This document shows, one piece after another, positions 39,566-56,350 of a DNA stretch of 64,000 nucleotides; the stretch's first letter is position 1, and each line of letters starts with the position of its first letter. The notes beneath the pieces are model-generated. The model saw nothing but the letters and a program-made list of their open reading frames with translations, had not been told where the DNA came from and made no database searches. Position numbers and translations under genes: made by a program. This DNA comes from Pristiophorus japonicus (taxonomy: Eukaryota), in NCBI RefSeq assembly GCF_044704955.1, contig NC_091980.1, forward strand, positions 129,022,001-129,086,000, in the 5' to 3' direction.

Positions 39566-42500
39566 GCCCAGACATTGCGGGTCTCTATAGCTGTTACTTG
39601 CTTCTTTGCCCACACAGCTTAACAGAAAATCCACAGCAGCAGCGGTACGTTTACTGAGCTACCCGCAGTAATAACTCTGAATGCAAAGAATATAGATGTA
39701 TTTAAGGGAAAGCTAGATCAACACAAGGGAGAAAGGAATAGAAGGCTATGCTAATAGGTCTAGATGAAGTGGGGTGGGAGAAGGTTCACATGGAGCATAA
39801 ACCACAGCATGGCCCAGTTGGCCCGAATGGTCTTTTTCTGTGCTGTAAATTGTAAGTAATTCTTAAAACACGAGCACCCCTGTAAAGTTTCACATCGAGT
39901 GAGCTGGAAACTTTGTTGAATACATGAAGCCATCAAACCCATCAGCACGCAAACGGCTGACTCGTGGAATTGGGGCTCATCAATATATGAAATATTGTAA
40001 CATTGATATCCCAAAGGTGCTTGAGAGTTGCTAAGACATTAAACAGGAATGCGTGTTCATGGCAATTTAATTGGACCCAATAAATTCCAGTAACATTTGA
40101 ATCCATTCAAGGCAGCGAAGGAGAGAAATGGAGATCTAATCCAGGGTGATAGTTATGAAATTTGCAATGGTACTAAATACATAATTGTATAAGTGGGCTT
40201 ATAAATTGAGGGTTTAGGCATTGCTGCCAGGGCAGGGGAGAAATGGGTTTAACATCTTGTGCCTCTTGCTTCGTGGAATTAATTAAATACATTTACTCCT
40301 TCACGAAGGATTATATTTTGTCGGAGTATAGTGAGTCATTCAATACCTTATTCAGGTGACATTCAATACCTTATTCAGGTGAATCGAGGTTATGTTGGCA
40401 AGTTATTCAACCATGATGGGAGGAGGCAGAAGAGAAGCTGTGCCAGAACCACACCCACTAGGGTATCCCACACTAACCAATGAAGCCATGACAGCAAGCT
40501 GATGCCACCGGTTGCTTTTCTGCCTCACCCAATTGTAGTGCCCAGAGTTGAGTGTACTGAGACAGTGCTTGTCTGCCTATAAAGCTTAACAGAAAGACTA
40601 TAGCAGCAGTAGTGAATCCCATTACTGAATTGCCTGGATAACTGAACAAGATCTATATAAGCTACTGAATACAAACTGCCCTTCACAGGGCTGGTACACT
40701 AAATAGGAAGCTAATCCAGGACTTTTTCTTCACTGGACTGAAATGGTGCAACACTGATTTACTTGCAAGTTGGCCCTGTCTTTAACAGATGTTGCATTGA
40801 TGACAATTCACTCCAACAAAATATAATGGCAGATAGATGGAACAGTTAATTTTATACAGCTTTTAAGTTCCAAGCTCTGGAGATCCCTCCCAAAATATCT
40901 CCTTGATACATACATCTGACCAGGCTTTTGGTCACTGGGCCAATATCCCATGGGGCTGTCAATTGTCCGAACGCACAGTTGAACATTTTAGATCTTACAA
41001 CAGGTGCTTGATTATCCCAGTCAATACATCAACATTACACTAGAAGAACACATTTCATAGGACTGCATCCCATCACACTGTTGCACAGCTCAGTGGAATT
41101 CTTGTTTGATGTAAACCAAGTCATGTTAAATGAAAAATAAGCAACCACTCAAATTTACAAGGAGACAAAACCCAATCCAATGTTGAACAGTATATTTAGT
41201 GTGATGGGTCTCAGCCCTTTGTGCAAAGTCACAATCCATCATTCCCTACAAGACAGGGGTCTGATTATGTAAATACAAGTACAAAACACAAATAGTTTGA
41301 TCCCATCAGTCAGTTCAGTCACACTCCCCCAGAATGTGCTTGTCAAACAGGTACTCCATTCTCAGGGGTTCCCCATCTCTTCAGGTTGGTGATTTGATCT
41401 CCAAGTTTCTTGATCATCTTCACTTGTTCATCCAAGTAGTGGGTCTCCAGGAACTCACACGACTGAAAGAGGGAATCTAGTTATGGCCGGAACAGATCAA
41501 GCAACATCCAAACTTATCCCTCGAAAGTCGGGTATTTTAATCCTCTTGGACTGGAGCATAGACAAGTGGGGTTATTAAGACTGATGTAAATTTTCTCCAC
41601 TCACTCAGTAACTCCTATACAATGGGTGCTCAGATGCTGGAAACATATTTATGTCTACAGCAGGCCAACCTCCCAGTCCTCTCCCCAAGTAACTGAAGAA
41701 CCCAGGAGAGATACCCCAACACAACACTATTGGGCAGAGATCTTTGGAATAGGCTCCAGGACAGCAATGTTCCAATGTCCCGAACGTACCCAAAAACCCA
41801 CATGAAGGAACTTACATAAGTGCCGGTGCTCCCAGTGGAGTGTTTGTGCAGATCCAGCAGACTCTAGTTGACATTCTTCTCCATCTGCAGAGCTCTCCAC
41901 ATCGCCTCCAGACCATTGCTCCACTCATCCTGCTCTGGTTTCTGAAGAGGAAAGTCACAGGCAGTTCACTTACAATCAATTAAACAACATACATGAGAAA
42001 GTAGAAGGAAGACAGGTGAAAAAGCAACCAGACGTCCAGGTTACCATAAACAATGCATCACAGGAATATGCAATTATTGCATTCCACCACCAGAACCATG
42101 GAATCAAATTGGAACAAATTGCTTTAGAAAGTATTTAAAACAAATTATGCCAAGGGGATTCTGAAAGAAGGCCACTCATTTATTGAACCAAACCTTGATG
42201 TCCGCCAAGATGATTCAGCCCGCACGCTGATTCTAGAATTCCATCAGTTTCTCAGCATGCTCACGTTCCTCATGTGACTGCTCCTTGAAGAACTCAGCAA
42301 AGTGACGCAGGGCAACATCATCCCGGTCAAAGTAGAAGGACTGCGGAGAGAATTTTAAACAGCTTCTTCAGACATAGATCTTCATCTACAATGCAAGAAT
42401 ATTATTTTTCCCCCTAGTTAGCTAATTCTGAGTCTTTCAAAAATAAATACCATTTGTTAACTAGCTAAAGTGCAATTTGCTTCACTAACCTGAGTTGGAT

Positions 42501-42586
42501 AGCCACTCCTCCCTGTAACAGGAAGAAAGAGGTCTAGTCAAACTCAATTCTACTCCTGGATAAGTAATACTTCTGGTCATTCACAC

Positions 42587-43285
42587 AAGACGTTAAACAG
42601 AAACCCTGTCTGTCCTCAGGTGGATGTGAAAGATCTCAAGGAAGAGACATTTACACTAGCCTATATTCTCTAGAGTTTGGAAGAATCAGAGGTGATGTCA
42701 TCGAAACATACAGAATTCTTACAGTGCTGGACAGGGTAGATGCAGGGAGGAGGTTTCCCCTGGCTGGGGAGTCAGGAACCAGGGGTCAGTCTCAGAAAAG
42801 GGGTCAGCCATTTAGGAGTCAGGGGAGGAGAAATTTCTTCCCTCAGAGGGTGGTGAATCTTTGGAATTCACTACCCCAGAAGCGTATATTCAAGACAGAT
42901 CAATAGATTGGATATTTAGGGAACAAAGGGATATGGGGACAGTGCAGGAAACTAGAGTTGAGGTAGAAGATCAGCAGTGATTTTGTTGAATGATGGATCA
43001 GGCTGAGGGACCAATGGCCTACTCCTTTGTTCTAGTTAATACTTCAGAGAACAGGGGAGATCGCTGCAGTGTGCCAGCCAATATTTATCCCTCAACCCTC
43101 ACCACTAAAACAGATGATCTGATCATTATCTCATTGCAGTTTGTGGGAGCTTACTGTGCACTATTTGGCTGGCTGCATTTCCCACTTTACAATAGGTAAC
43201 TACACTTAACTCCTTCATTGGCTACAAAGCACTTTGGGACATTCCAAGGTAGTGAAAGGCACTATAGAAATGATTATTCTTCCTT
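42587..43285 (+). mobile_element. DeuSINE-like element interrupted by CR1 3' fragment (intron 1 of slot X)
   Basis: gacgttaaac...caggtggatgtgaaagatc core; CR1 piece at ~42655-43030. Confidence 0.6.
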
Positions 43286-43363
43286 TCTAATCCAAGATTG
43301 GGCACGGAGTGAAAAAAATCCTCCACTCCAGTAGTTTTCGCAGCAATAGTGTGTTAGTGTTAG

Positions 43364-44093
43364 TGTTTTCTCGGAAGAATCACTCGACACTCAGAATCGG
43401 TTCCAACACCAAAGCGGTCTTTATTTCACCGGTGGGGAGAGAGCCTCTGGTTAACTCCAGGTATTCCACTCTCCACCGAACAAATAGTTTCATGGATTTT
43501 TATATGTTTTACAACAGTTTACGACAGTTACATCAGCCCATTTCGGTTGGATACTATCCAATCATACTGATTATAGATTCAATTAGACCAATAGATAGAG
43601 TTAGTCTCTAAATGTGAAGTAGCTCATGTGTTGCCAAGAGATGTGTTGCTAAGGTGTGTGTTGCTAGGAATTACTCATGCATCTTGTAACATGGTCCAGG
43701 CCCCCTTTATCTTACTATCCTTGGGTGCTGTCTTTGGGTAGCCTCCTTATTAGAATTACATATTCGGTTCTTGTCATCTCGGGCTGATTCATGCCCTCGT
43801 TATGTGATGTAGGCCCCCCTTATCTCTATTTCTCGGGGCTCTGCTGTGTGGAGTTATAATGGTTTGTTATAGTTATCTTGTATCCAAGGCATTCCTGGCA
43901 GTGGGCCTCACAGGGTTATTGCTCGGTCAGTCTCAGTCAATAGTTCACAGCTTGACTACCTGATTTCCCATCATGCTTGGAGGAGCCCTCCAGGCAGCCA
44001 TTTTATATTTGGCCACTTTAAACATATTTGTGTATTCAGCAGGTGCCTAATGCTTAGTGTTTAGATATATTCAGCAGGTGCCTAATGCCTACA
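43364..44093 (-). mobile_element. Probable solo LTR (ERV-like)
   Basis: TGT...ACA ends, minus-strand AATAAA at ~43420, TATAAA at ~43500, CCAAT boxes and internal direct repeats. Confidence 0.45.
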
Positions 44094-44716
44094 AGAGATC
44101 TCAGCAGTGAGCAGGGCTCCAAAGCCAGGATTCTCAATATTTCACCTCCAATTAATGAGATCACTAGTTAGGACCTGCCCACATTTCACTCACTACAGTT
44201 CCCCCACTGAAATTGAACATTGTCTCAGGTCAACAAGGCCCTGACCAGGTTTGTGCTCTTCCGTAACACACTCAGGCAGCAGCTGAGCTGGTTTCAGATT
44301 TTAAACTTGAACAGAGGGCAGCTGCTACAGGGAGCAGTCCATTAACTCAACAAGATCCCCCTGTATTACACACCTGAAGCCCTCACTGCCCAAAGACTCT
44401 TCTCCCCCAGGGAAGGAATCCAGAGAAATACAGCTTAAAGCCAGTTCATGGAACTGGAGAATTTCCAACTTTTCAGAATGTAGCAACAAGGAATACAAGA
44501 CTCACCATGGAGAGGTAAACATAGAAGGAACAGAGCTCCATGTTGATCTGCTTGTTGACAGCAGCCTCACAGTCTTTTTTGTAGTTCTGACACACTTGAA
44601 GGCCATCCTCACGACCTATATTACACTATCACCTGCACAGTTCTAGTATTAACCTTTTCTTACAGAAGCACCTTTATTTATACTACTGGGCCAGCTGCAT
44701 TCAAAGAAGGAATAAC

Positions 44717-45196
44717 ATCCAGACTGATTCCCGGGATGGCGGGACTGACCTATCAAGAAAGACTGGATCAACTGGGCTTGTATTCACTGGAGTTCAGAAG
44801 AATGAGAGGGGACCTCATAGAAACATTTAGAATTCTGATGGGTTTAGACAGGTTAGATGCAGGAAGAATGTTCCCAATGTTGGGGAAGTCCAGAACCAGA
44901 GGTCACATTCTAAGGATAAGGGGTAAGCCATTTAGGACCGAGATGCGGAGGAACTTCTTCACCGAGAGTGGTGAACCTGTGGAATTCTCTACCACAGAAA
45001 GTTGTTGAGGCCAATTCACTAAATATATTCAAAAAGGAGTTAGATGAGGTCCTTACTACTAGGGGGATCAAGGGGTATGGCGAGAAAGCAGGAATGGGGT
45101 ACTGAAATTGAATATTCAGCCATGAACTCATTGAATGGCGGTGCAGGCTAGAAGGGCCGAATGGCCTACTCCTGCACCTATTTTCTATGTTTCTAT
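44717..45196 (+). mobile_element. Young CR1 3' fragment inserted in the slot-X promoter
   Basis: RLIPGMAGLTYQERL... with TTTCTATG tail; lies between the TATA-like box (~44674-44683) and CCAAT elements (~45199). Confidence 0.9.
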
Positions 45197-48100
45197 CACC
45201 AATGATGATTGGCTCTCAGGATTTGTCAATCAGGAATCTTCCTTGAATCCAGGCTCCAATTCACAAAAGAGACATAGAAAATTAGTAGCAGTAGTAGGCC
45301 ATGCAGCCCTTCGAATCTGCATCGCCATTCAATATGATCTTGGCTGATCCTCTATTTCAACACCATATTCTAGCTCTTTTGGGGTGGTTTGTGGCCCAGA
45401 GCCAATCAGAGCTTTGGAAAACATGGCATTCGGCCCAATCAGTCCATGCCGGCGTTTATGTTCCACTCGAGCCTCCTGTCTTTCCTCCTCTAAATTTATC
45501 AGCAAAACTCTCTATTTCCTTCTCCCTCATATGCTTGTCTATCCTCCCCTTAAATGCTTCTATACTATTCAATTAAAGCACTTCCTGTGGTAGCAACTAT
45601 CTGCATAAAGATGTTTCTCCTGAATTCCCTATTGGATTTCTTGGTGACTATCTTATATTGATGGCCTCTAGTTTTGCTCTTCTCCACAAGTGGAAACATT
45701 CTCTCTGTATCCACTCTATCAAAGCTTTCATAATTGTAAGGACCTTTATTAGGTCACCCTCAGCATTCTCTTTTCAAGAGTAAAGAGCCTGTTCTTTCAA
45801 GATAGGTATACCCTCACATTTCTGGTATCATCCTTGTAAATCTTTTTTTACACCCTCTTCAGTTGTTCTGTAACTGTGTCTCATCATAGATTCATGCAGC
45901 ACAGAAAGAGGCATTCAGCCCATTGTGCCTGTGCAGGCTCTTTGAAGGAGTGATCGAATTAATCCCACTCCTCAGCTCCTTCCCCATAGCCCTGCAATGT
46001 TTTTCTTTCCTCCTATATATCCAATTCACCTTTTCAAAGTTACTGTTGAATCTGCTTCCACCGCCCTTTCAGGCAGCGTGTTCCAGATCACAACAACTCT
46101 CTGCGCAAAAACAATTCTCATCTCTCCTCTCTGGTCCTTTGCCTTTCATGTTGGTGTTTCTCTGAGATCCAACGCCGTGACGTCTGGTTTCAGTGCAGAA
46201 GTGGTTCAGTCATGGATTAGCTGATGAGAGGTGTTCCCTTGGATTAAAACTCTGTTTTAGATAGGTCAGAGAGGGTGGCAGTGATTCAGATCCAGAGCCA
46301 CCAATCACACACAGGTCCTTATAATTATGAAAAGTTTGATAGAGTGGATAGAGAGAGAATGTTGACCCACCTGAACCGAACATCTATCTGGGTATTTACA
46401 CCTGTATTGGTCGAAGGATCCAAGATGCAGTCACAAAGGGCTTTGAGCAAACTGATGGACATCACATGGTCACACTCAATGCCAGCCCAGTGGGCAGCAG
46501 AGACTTCGATTCAGGCCTGTGGTTACTGGGACTGAGGGAAGCTTTGATCCTTCCACAGGATCTCTTTCATTCAGTGTCACTCCCTGTGGGGAATCGGGAT
46601 GGCGGTAGGCAAAGAAAGCACAAGGTGGTGAGAAGCTTCCTTTGCCATTGATGAATTTTCATACAATAGCAAAGATTGAATAAGGTGACTGGAAACTTTG
46701 AGAGATGCAAAGACATTAACGAGGAATGATTGAAGATGGCAATTCCATTTCACTCATTGCAGTTCTCAACTAATTAATTTATAAACGTTGGATAAATACA
46801 ATTGAAGTGTTGAAGGGTGTGGGGGCAGGAGAAATATTTATTGTTCTTCCTTGGTGGTTTAATTTATTGCTTTTTGCGTTTAATGAAATTCTTTTACTCC
46901 TTGCAGAAGGAATACATTTTATTTGAGTACAGTTCATGATTATCTCTCTCTTTAATGCCTTATACAACTTCTTATTCACGTGGGAGCCGAGGTAGACAGT
47001 TTATTCAATCAACATCCGAAAGACAAAACAGAAAAAATATTAGGAACCAAGTTCATCCTATCCCCAAAAAGAATTCACACTTTCTGCCCCAAGAGGCCAA
47101 CATTTGAGATGCATTTCCCAATCACCCAATTGTAGTTGCCTTTTGTACTGTAAGCATCGGCGTAAACATCGACACAAACTTCAGGATTTTGGACTTTAAG
47201 TTTGGACATTGCTTTTCCATATTTCATTTACAGAGCTGACAGCATGACTGGGACAGACCCAGGCATTTTCCACAGGAATACACATCAGGTGGGTGGGGAT
47301 AGTCTGGGATGGGTCAATGGCTGAAAGCAGGAACCTCATCACAGGTAGATGGCTGATGGGTTACCATTACATGACAAAAGGGTCCTCCATCAGTGAGAGA
47401 TCAGATAAACTGGTCAGTGCTCAAGCCATCAAACTGGAATGAGATAGCCCTGAAGCACAGGAACCTCAGGACAAAGGAAGCTATTGGCCACCCAGACTCG
47501 TTGGAGCCTTTATCCCCAGGAGGAGCCTGGTAACAAAGGCACAGGCCGGAGATGTGAATCATGCTCTTTAGTTGGACTGCCTCAGGCAAAGGACTGGTTT
47601 ATGGGGCAAGGATTCAGCAAGCATTTTTCAGGTATAAGAAAAGCAGTTTACTGCCATCTTTCTCTCTATCTCTCTTTCTTCTACAGTTGCTTGCTTTATT
47701 CAACACCTTCAAGGATTGAGCACTCCATCTGGGACAGAGAGAAGAAACCATCAACAAGAAAAGACAGCCTCGTGACTTTGACTGCGAAGCTGACCTTGAG
47801 ACTGGAACTTGTAAACGACTGATACGAAACCAGGAGAAGCAGCGAATAAGCCAGAGGGGGTAACTGGTGAGCAGTATCCCAACCCACATATCCTTTAGAC
47901 CAGCACATCATGTGGAGCGGTGTTGTGCATACCAACCAAGCCTTAGGGGTTTAGTGGGGAGGTTCTGCACGGATCATAGGTGTACGCACAGTCTTTGGTA
48001 CATATTCAATGGTGCACTATTGATCCAAGCAGGTGTGTTTTAGTCGTGGATACTTTGCATTCGGATGGGCCCGTCTTGTGTGTTGGATTGTGTTTGTTTT

Positions 48101-49148
48101 ACACCACCGGGGTGTGTTTTGCTGGAAGCAAGCAGGTGCTTTAACATGAAAGCATTATGACAGAGAGATCTATCTGAAACTGAATATTCTGTTCACTACT
48201 ATAATTCCCAGGTCTAGAACTAAAATGGCTTTTGGGTGGGGGGGGGGGGGGGGGGGTGTACAGAAATGTAAAATAACTAAGACAAACCACTTACAGTACC
48301 ATGAGTTCAGGGTACTCCCACAATGAGCTCAGACATTGCTGGTCTCCACAGTTGTGTTACTTTGACCACAAAACTGACCAGAAAGTCAGCAGCAGCACCA
48401 AGTTGGGTTCCGTGAGGGACCTCCAGTGTATGCCACAGGAACTACGCAGTGGGATTGGTAAAAGCTTACTTTAAATTAAATGCATTTTTATCAAAATTAC
48501 AGCAGCTGAGAGTTTGTTGTATTGAGGGATTAAAAGAGCTGCCATTGACACAGAGCAGAAAGAATATTTACCACCAGTGGAAGCAGTTACTTTGGCCCAA
48601 GCTCTAGAGTTCATACCCTGAAAATTCTTTCTTACTCCCTTTAGACCTTCCTGTTTGAGCAAGAGTTTAGTCATCTTTCCTGTCACTCATTTTTGTTTGG
48701 TAACACTCCTGCCAAATGCCTGGGTACATTTTACTATGTTAAAGGTTATATCAGCAGCAAGTTCTGTTACAATCCGAGGTGAAGAGAAATGCTGGAACAC
48801 AATAATTGAAATACAAGACGACAAATTGCTCCCAAGGTATAAACAGAATTAAAATTAGCTCAACATACAAGCTTAAATTTGTAGCTCAATAAATTAGACT
48901 TAGACCTGAAGGAGAGAGGAAAATAAAGCTGTTACACAGCCCAGTATAATTCTTGTCTGATGGAAACCAAATGCTGTTAATCTGAAGATAAGCAAACACT
49001 CAAATTTACAAAAAGACAACCCAGTTCCATATTGGACAGTTTATTTACAGTCAATTACATTTCACATCACAAGACCAGGTCTCAGCCTGTACAAAGCCAC
49101 AAGCCATCATTCGCTTCAGGACAGAGTCTCACGTACTGAACATAAGCT

Positions 49149-52453
<3,305 letters not shown>

Positions 52454-52474
52454 CCTAATTTGCTTTTCCAAAAA

Positions 52475-52700
52475 TCTAAGCCTTGTTGAAGCAAGAAGCT
52501 AAGAGTTAACTAATTTCAAACTCCTGTCTTTATACTGCTGGATAATCCAGGGTGGGACAACCTAGCTGTGAGTGTCATTCATCATACCCAATCACAAGTT
52601 GCAGCCTTTGTCAGAGCACCAATCAAATAAAGGGAGGCGGGGCCATGACTCCCAGAGCCAGTCATGAACTTTGAAGAATGAACATCATTGTTTGACCCTT
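52475..52700 (-). promoter_or_regulatory. Ferritin Y promoter/5' UTR: degenerate IRE, TATA, CCAAT boxes, GC box
   Basis: TATAAAG at 52528-52534 (minus), ccaatc at ~52588 and ~52619, gggaggcgggg at ~52632. IRE-like TTCTTGCTTCAACAAGGCTTAGA at 52475-52497. The arrangement is conserved upstream of 23872, 33772 and 59549. Confidence 0.7.
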
Positions 52701-52734
52701 CTTTTTGCCGGCAATTGACAATTTAAAGTCAAAC

Positions 52735-53158
52735 ATGGCTCCCCTGTTTAAAGGCACACAACTATTTTTGTTGTAAACTAATAATCAAATGCCTCCTGAT
52801 TAAAGGGGGGGAGCGGGGGCACACTCCAAAAACTTTTCAAGTGCCCCTTTTTTTTTAAGGCATTGAAACACAAGTTATACAAGTGATCCCTGGCTAAAAG
52901 GGGGGAGAGGCACTAAAACCATCACAGTAAACAAATTAAACTTTAAACAATAGTAATCAAATTAAAATTTGTTTGCCAGGGGTGATGATGCACTCCAGTC
53001 CCTCCTCTCACGGAAGATCGCGAGCATGTCGATGGACACCACATGCTCCGTCTCCAGGGACGCCCGGGCACGAATGTAGCCGTGGACGAGAGGTGGACAG
53101 TCGGGCCGAACGACCACCTCGAACGCCCGCTGCCCTGCTGACGGCCACCTTGTCCAGG
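52735..53158 (-). mobile_element. Tx1-like 3' end upstream of ferritin Y (unit 2)
   Basis: GYIRARASLETEHVVS motif followed by a 3' UTR with gggcac/poly-G repeats. Confidence 0.65.
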
Positions 53159-53544
53159 TTAATTGAATCTTCCGTTGTTTGCGAGTCAGTGTCTTTTTAA
53201 TATTCTGCGCGGTTCAGTGGGTTGGTCATTTTCAGGTATCTGTGGATGCAGCATCCAAAGACAGACCAGTGAGTCTGCAAAGCAACCGACAGCGGGTCAG
53301 GTGAATGGACAGTGCATGTGAGGAATGTGACAAGCTCAAGTGCTCAGATACTCCATCACTTCCAAGTTTAGTGAGCACCTGTACACACAGGAGCTAGAAT
53401 GTGCTGCGGACCATGGGATTTTGAGTTCTTGTTATGTTACCATGACATTTTACAAGCAATGAAATGGACTGCAGTCCAAAGAGAAAGAAAGATTTGCATC
53501 TGGACTTCATTGTGGCAGCCTTGGGAACGCTTATCCTCTTAGAA

Positions 53545-53885
53545 AGAAGAAATAATTCCATTTATATAGCCCTTTCATGGCCTCAGGATGTCTCAAAGCT
53601 TTTTACAGCCAATCAAGTTCAGCAATGTGTTAATGACCAGATAATCTGTTTTGGTTGAGGGATAAATATTGTTAAGGATACCGAAGAGAACGCCCCCTGC
53701 GCTTCTTCGAAATAGCATCCTGAGACAGATGGTCTAGCATCTCATCTGAAAGACGCAGCTCCGACATTGCAGCAATCCCTCAGTACTGCCCCTCAGACAG
53801 TGCAGCAATCCCTCAGTACTGCCCCTCAGACAGTGCAGCAATCCCTCAGTATTGCCCCTCAGACAGTGCAGAACCCTGTCAGTAA
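53545..53885 (-). mobile_element. DeuSINE-like remnant with 3-4 minisatellite units
   Basis: Paralog of the 24830-27335 SINE, without the RTE. Confidence 0.7.
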
Positions 53886-54449
53886 TGTGTGTGTGTGTGT
53901 GGAGGCAGGGTCATTGAATACATTTAAGATAGATAGATAGATAGATTTTTGAACAATAGGGGAGTCAAGGGCTATGGGGAACATGCAGGAAAGTGTTGAT
54001 ACCAAGATCAGACCAGCCATGATCTTATGGATTGCCTATGCATGTTATTATGTAAACCTCTCTGCCTCCTTTAAGACACTAAAATTTACCTGTCATCCCA
54101 CTGCCTTATGTGACTGAACAAACGTGAACATTTTCAGCTGTTGTATTACAGTATTGCAATGCTTGATTGAAATGCATGAATAGAATTTGCAAGATATACT
54201 CTTATGTATTAATGCTTGGGGGTCACCAGACACCAGAGCACACCACGGTCGGATGCCATCGGGCTGTATGCATGTGTGTTTGGTCAACTGAATATAAGCT
54301 GGATGTCTTTTTCACGCTGGCACTCTTGGGTTGGAATAAAGATGGATCAGGTTGCACCTGAGTGCGTTTACAGTAACCAGACTTTTGAGTCATTATGTAT
54401 ATGTAGAATTGAAATTAGGTCTTCAACATGTCTGAATAGCTATCGTAGA

Positions 54450-56350
54450 TTGGGTACTGTGCAATGAGAAGGGGTTAATTAACAGTCTTGTTGGGTGGGG
54501 TCCTTTAGGGAAGAGTGGCGATAACATGAATGAATTTTCATGAAGATGGAAAGTGAAGTAGTCCAATCATAATCTAGGGTCCTAAATCTAAACAAAGGAA
54601 ACGACAAAGATATGAGGAATGGCTATAATAGATTGGGAAGTGTGATTAAAAGGCATGACGGTGGACAGTCAATGGCTAACATTTAAGGAACGAATGTATG
54701 AATAGCAATAATTATACATTCCTTTCTGACTCAAAAATACAAAAGGAAGAGTGACCCAACCATGGTTTACAAAAGAAATTAAGGATAGTATTAGATCCAA
54801 AGAGCTGTCCGTTATGTATTTAACCCTTTGTAACCTGCATTGCACCTGACCACCAGAGGACCCACCTGTTGGAGTCCCAAGGCATCCCAGCATCCTTTGG
54901 GAGCACAGTATATAAGCAGGCCACCCATGAGGTATCTGCACTCTGGAATCTTAAAGGAGCCAAGATCACACTCGCTCTTTACACACACACTCATTATAAA
55001 TGGGGAGACTGAGTACTAACAGTCATACAATGTTGCCAGAAAAAGTAGCAAGCCTGAGGATTGGGAGCAGTTTAGAATTCAGCAAAAAAAGGACCAAGAG
55101 ATTGATTCAGAGGGGGAAAATAGAGTATGAGACTAAACTTGCAAGGAACATAAAAACGATTGTAAAAGTTTCTCCAAGTACGTAAAAAGAAAAAGATTAG
55201 TGAAGACAAATGTAGGTCCTTTACAGTTAGAATTGGGATAATTTATAATGGGGAACAAAGAGATGGCATAACAATTGAATACTTCAGTTTTGTCTAAGAG
55301 AACACAAATAACATCCCACAAATGCTAGGGAACCAAGGGTCTAATGAGCAAGAGGAATTAAAAGAAATTAGTAAGAAAATAGTGCTGCAGAAACTATTGG
55401 GACTGAAAGCTGATAAATCCAAGGCCTGATAATCTGCATCCCAGGGTACTAAAAGTGGCAGCCATGGAAATAGTGGATGCATTGGAGTATTTTTTTTTTT
55501 TATAAAGGCTATAACTGATATTAGATAAGGGAGAACCAGTGGATGTAAATTATTTGGATTTTCAGAAGGCCTTTAATAAAGTCCCACAAGACTTTAGTGT
55601 GCAAAATTAAAGCACATAGAATTAGGGGTAATATACTTGCATGGATTGAAAATTGGTTAATTGATAGGAAACAGTAGGAATAAACAGGTCTTCTCCTGGA
55701 TGGTGGGCAGTGACTAGTGAGATACCACAGGGATCAATGCTTAGGCCCCAGCTAATCACCTATATAAATAGATTTGGAGGAGGAAACCAAAATGTAATAT
55801 TTCCAATTTTTCCCCTAGTACAGGAGCAAGGATGTCTTATTACAGTTATACAGGGCCTTGGTGAAACCACAGCTGGAGTATTGTGTGCAGTTTTGGGTCT
55901 CCTTAACCAAGAGAGAGCACAGCAAAGGCTCACCAGACTGATTCCTGGGACGGAAGGATTGTCGTAGGACGAGAGATTGGGTCGATAAGGCCTGTATTCA
56001 CTAGAAGAGGAAAAGGGGACCTTATTGAAACATACAATTCGGACTGGGTTGGATCGGGAGGATGTTTCCCCTGGCTGTGAAGTCTAGAATAAAAAAGGGG
56101 CATAGGCTCAGGATAAGGGGTAAGAAATTTAGCAGAGAGATGGATAACTCTTCACCGCAGAAGGCAGTGGAGGCCAAGTCACTCAATATATTTAAGGAGA
56201 TAGCTATCTTGATACAAAAGGCATGAAGGATTATGGGGTAAAAGCAGGAATATGGTGTTGTGTTAAAGAATCAGTTGTGATTGTATTGAATGGCAGTGCA
56301 GGCTTCAAGGGGCGAATGGCCTACTACTGCTCCTATTTATGTTTCTATGA
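54450..56350 (+). mobile_element. Old degenerate CR1 (paralog of 28290-30275)
   Basis: Same ORF2 remnants, interrupted by a solo LTR. Confidence 0.8.
54810..55021 (+). mobile_element. Solo LTR inserted in old CR1
   Basis: Homologous to 21445-21653, short gtc duplication, absent at the paralogous site ~28640. Confidence 0.7.

Larger units (their letters stand above)
41315..44606 (-). pseudogene. Ferritin pseudogene (slot X, unit 2), 4 exons with multiple disablements
   Basis: Exon 1 44506-44606 (101 nt, 1-bp deletion in codon 3). Exon 2 42194-42340 (TAG at 42233-42235, TGA at 42215-42217). Exon 3 41816-41941 (TAG at 41864-41866). Exon 4 41315-41462 (8-bp deletion). The polyA signal is mutated. 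Confidence 0.92.
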
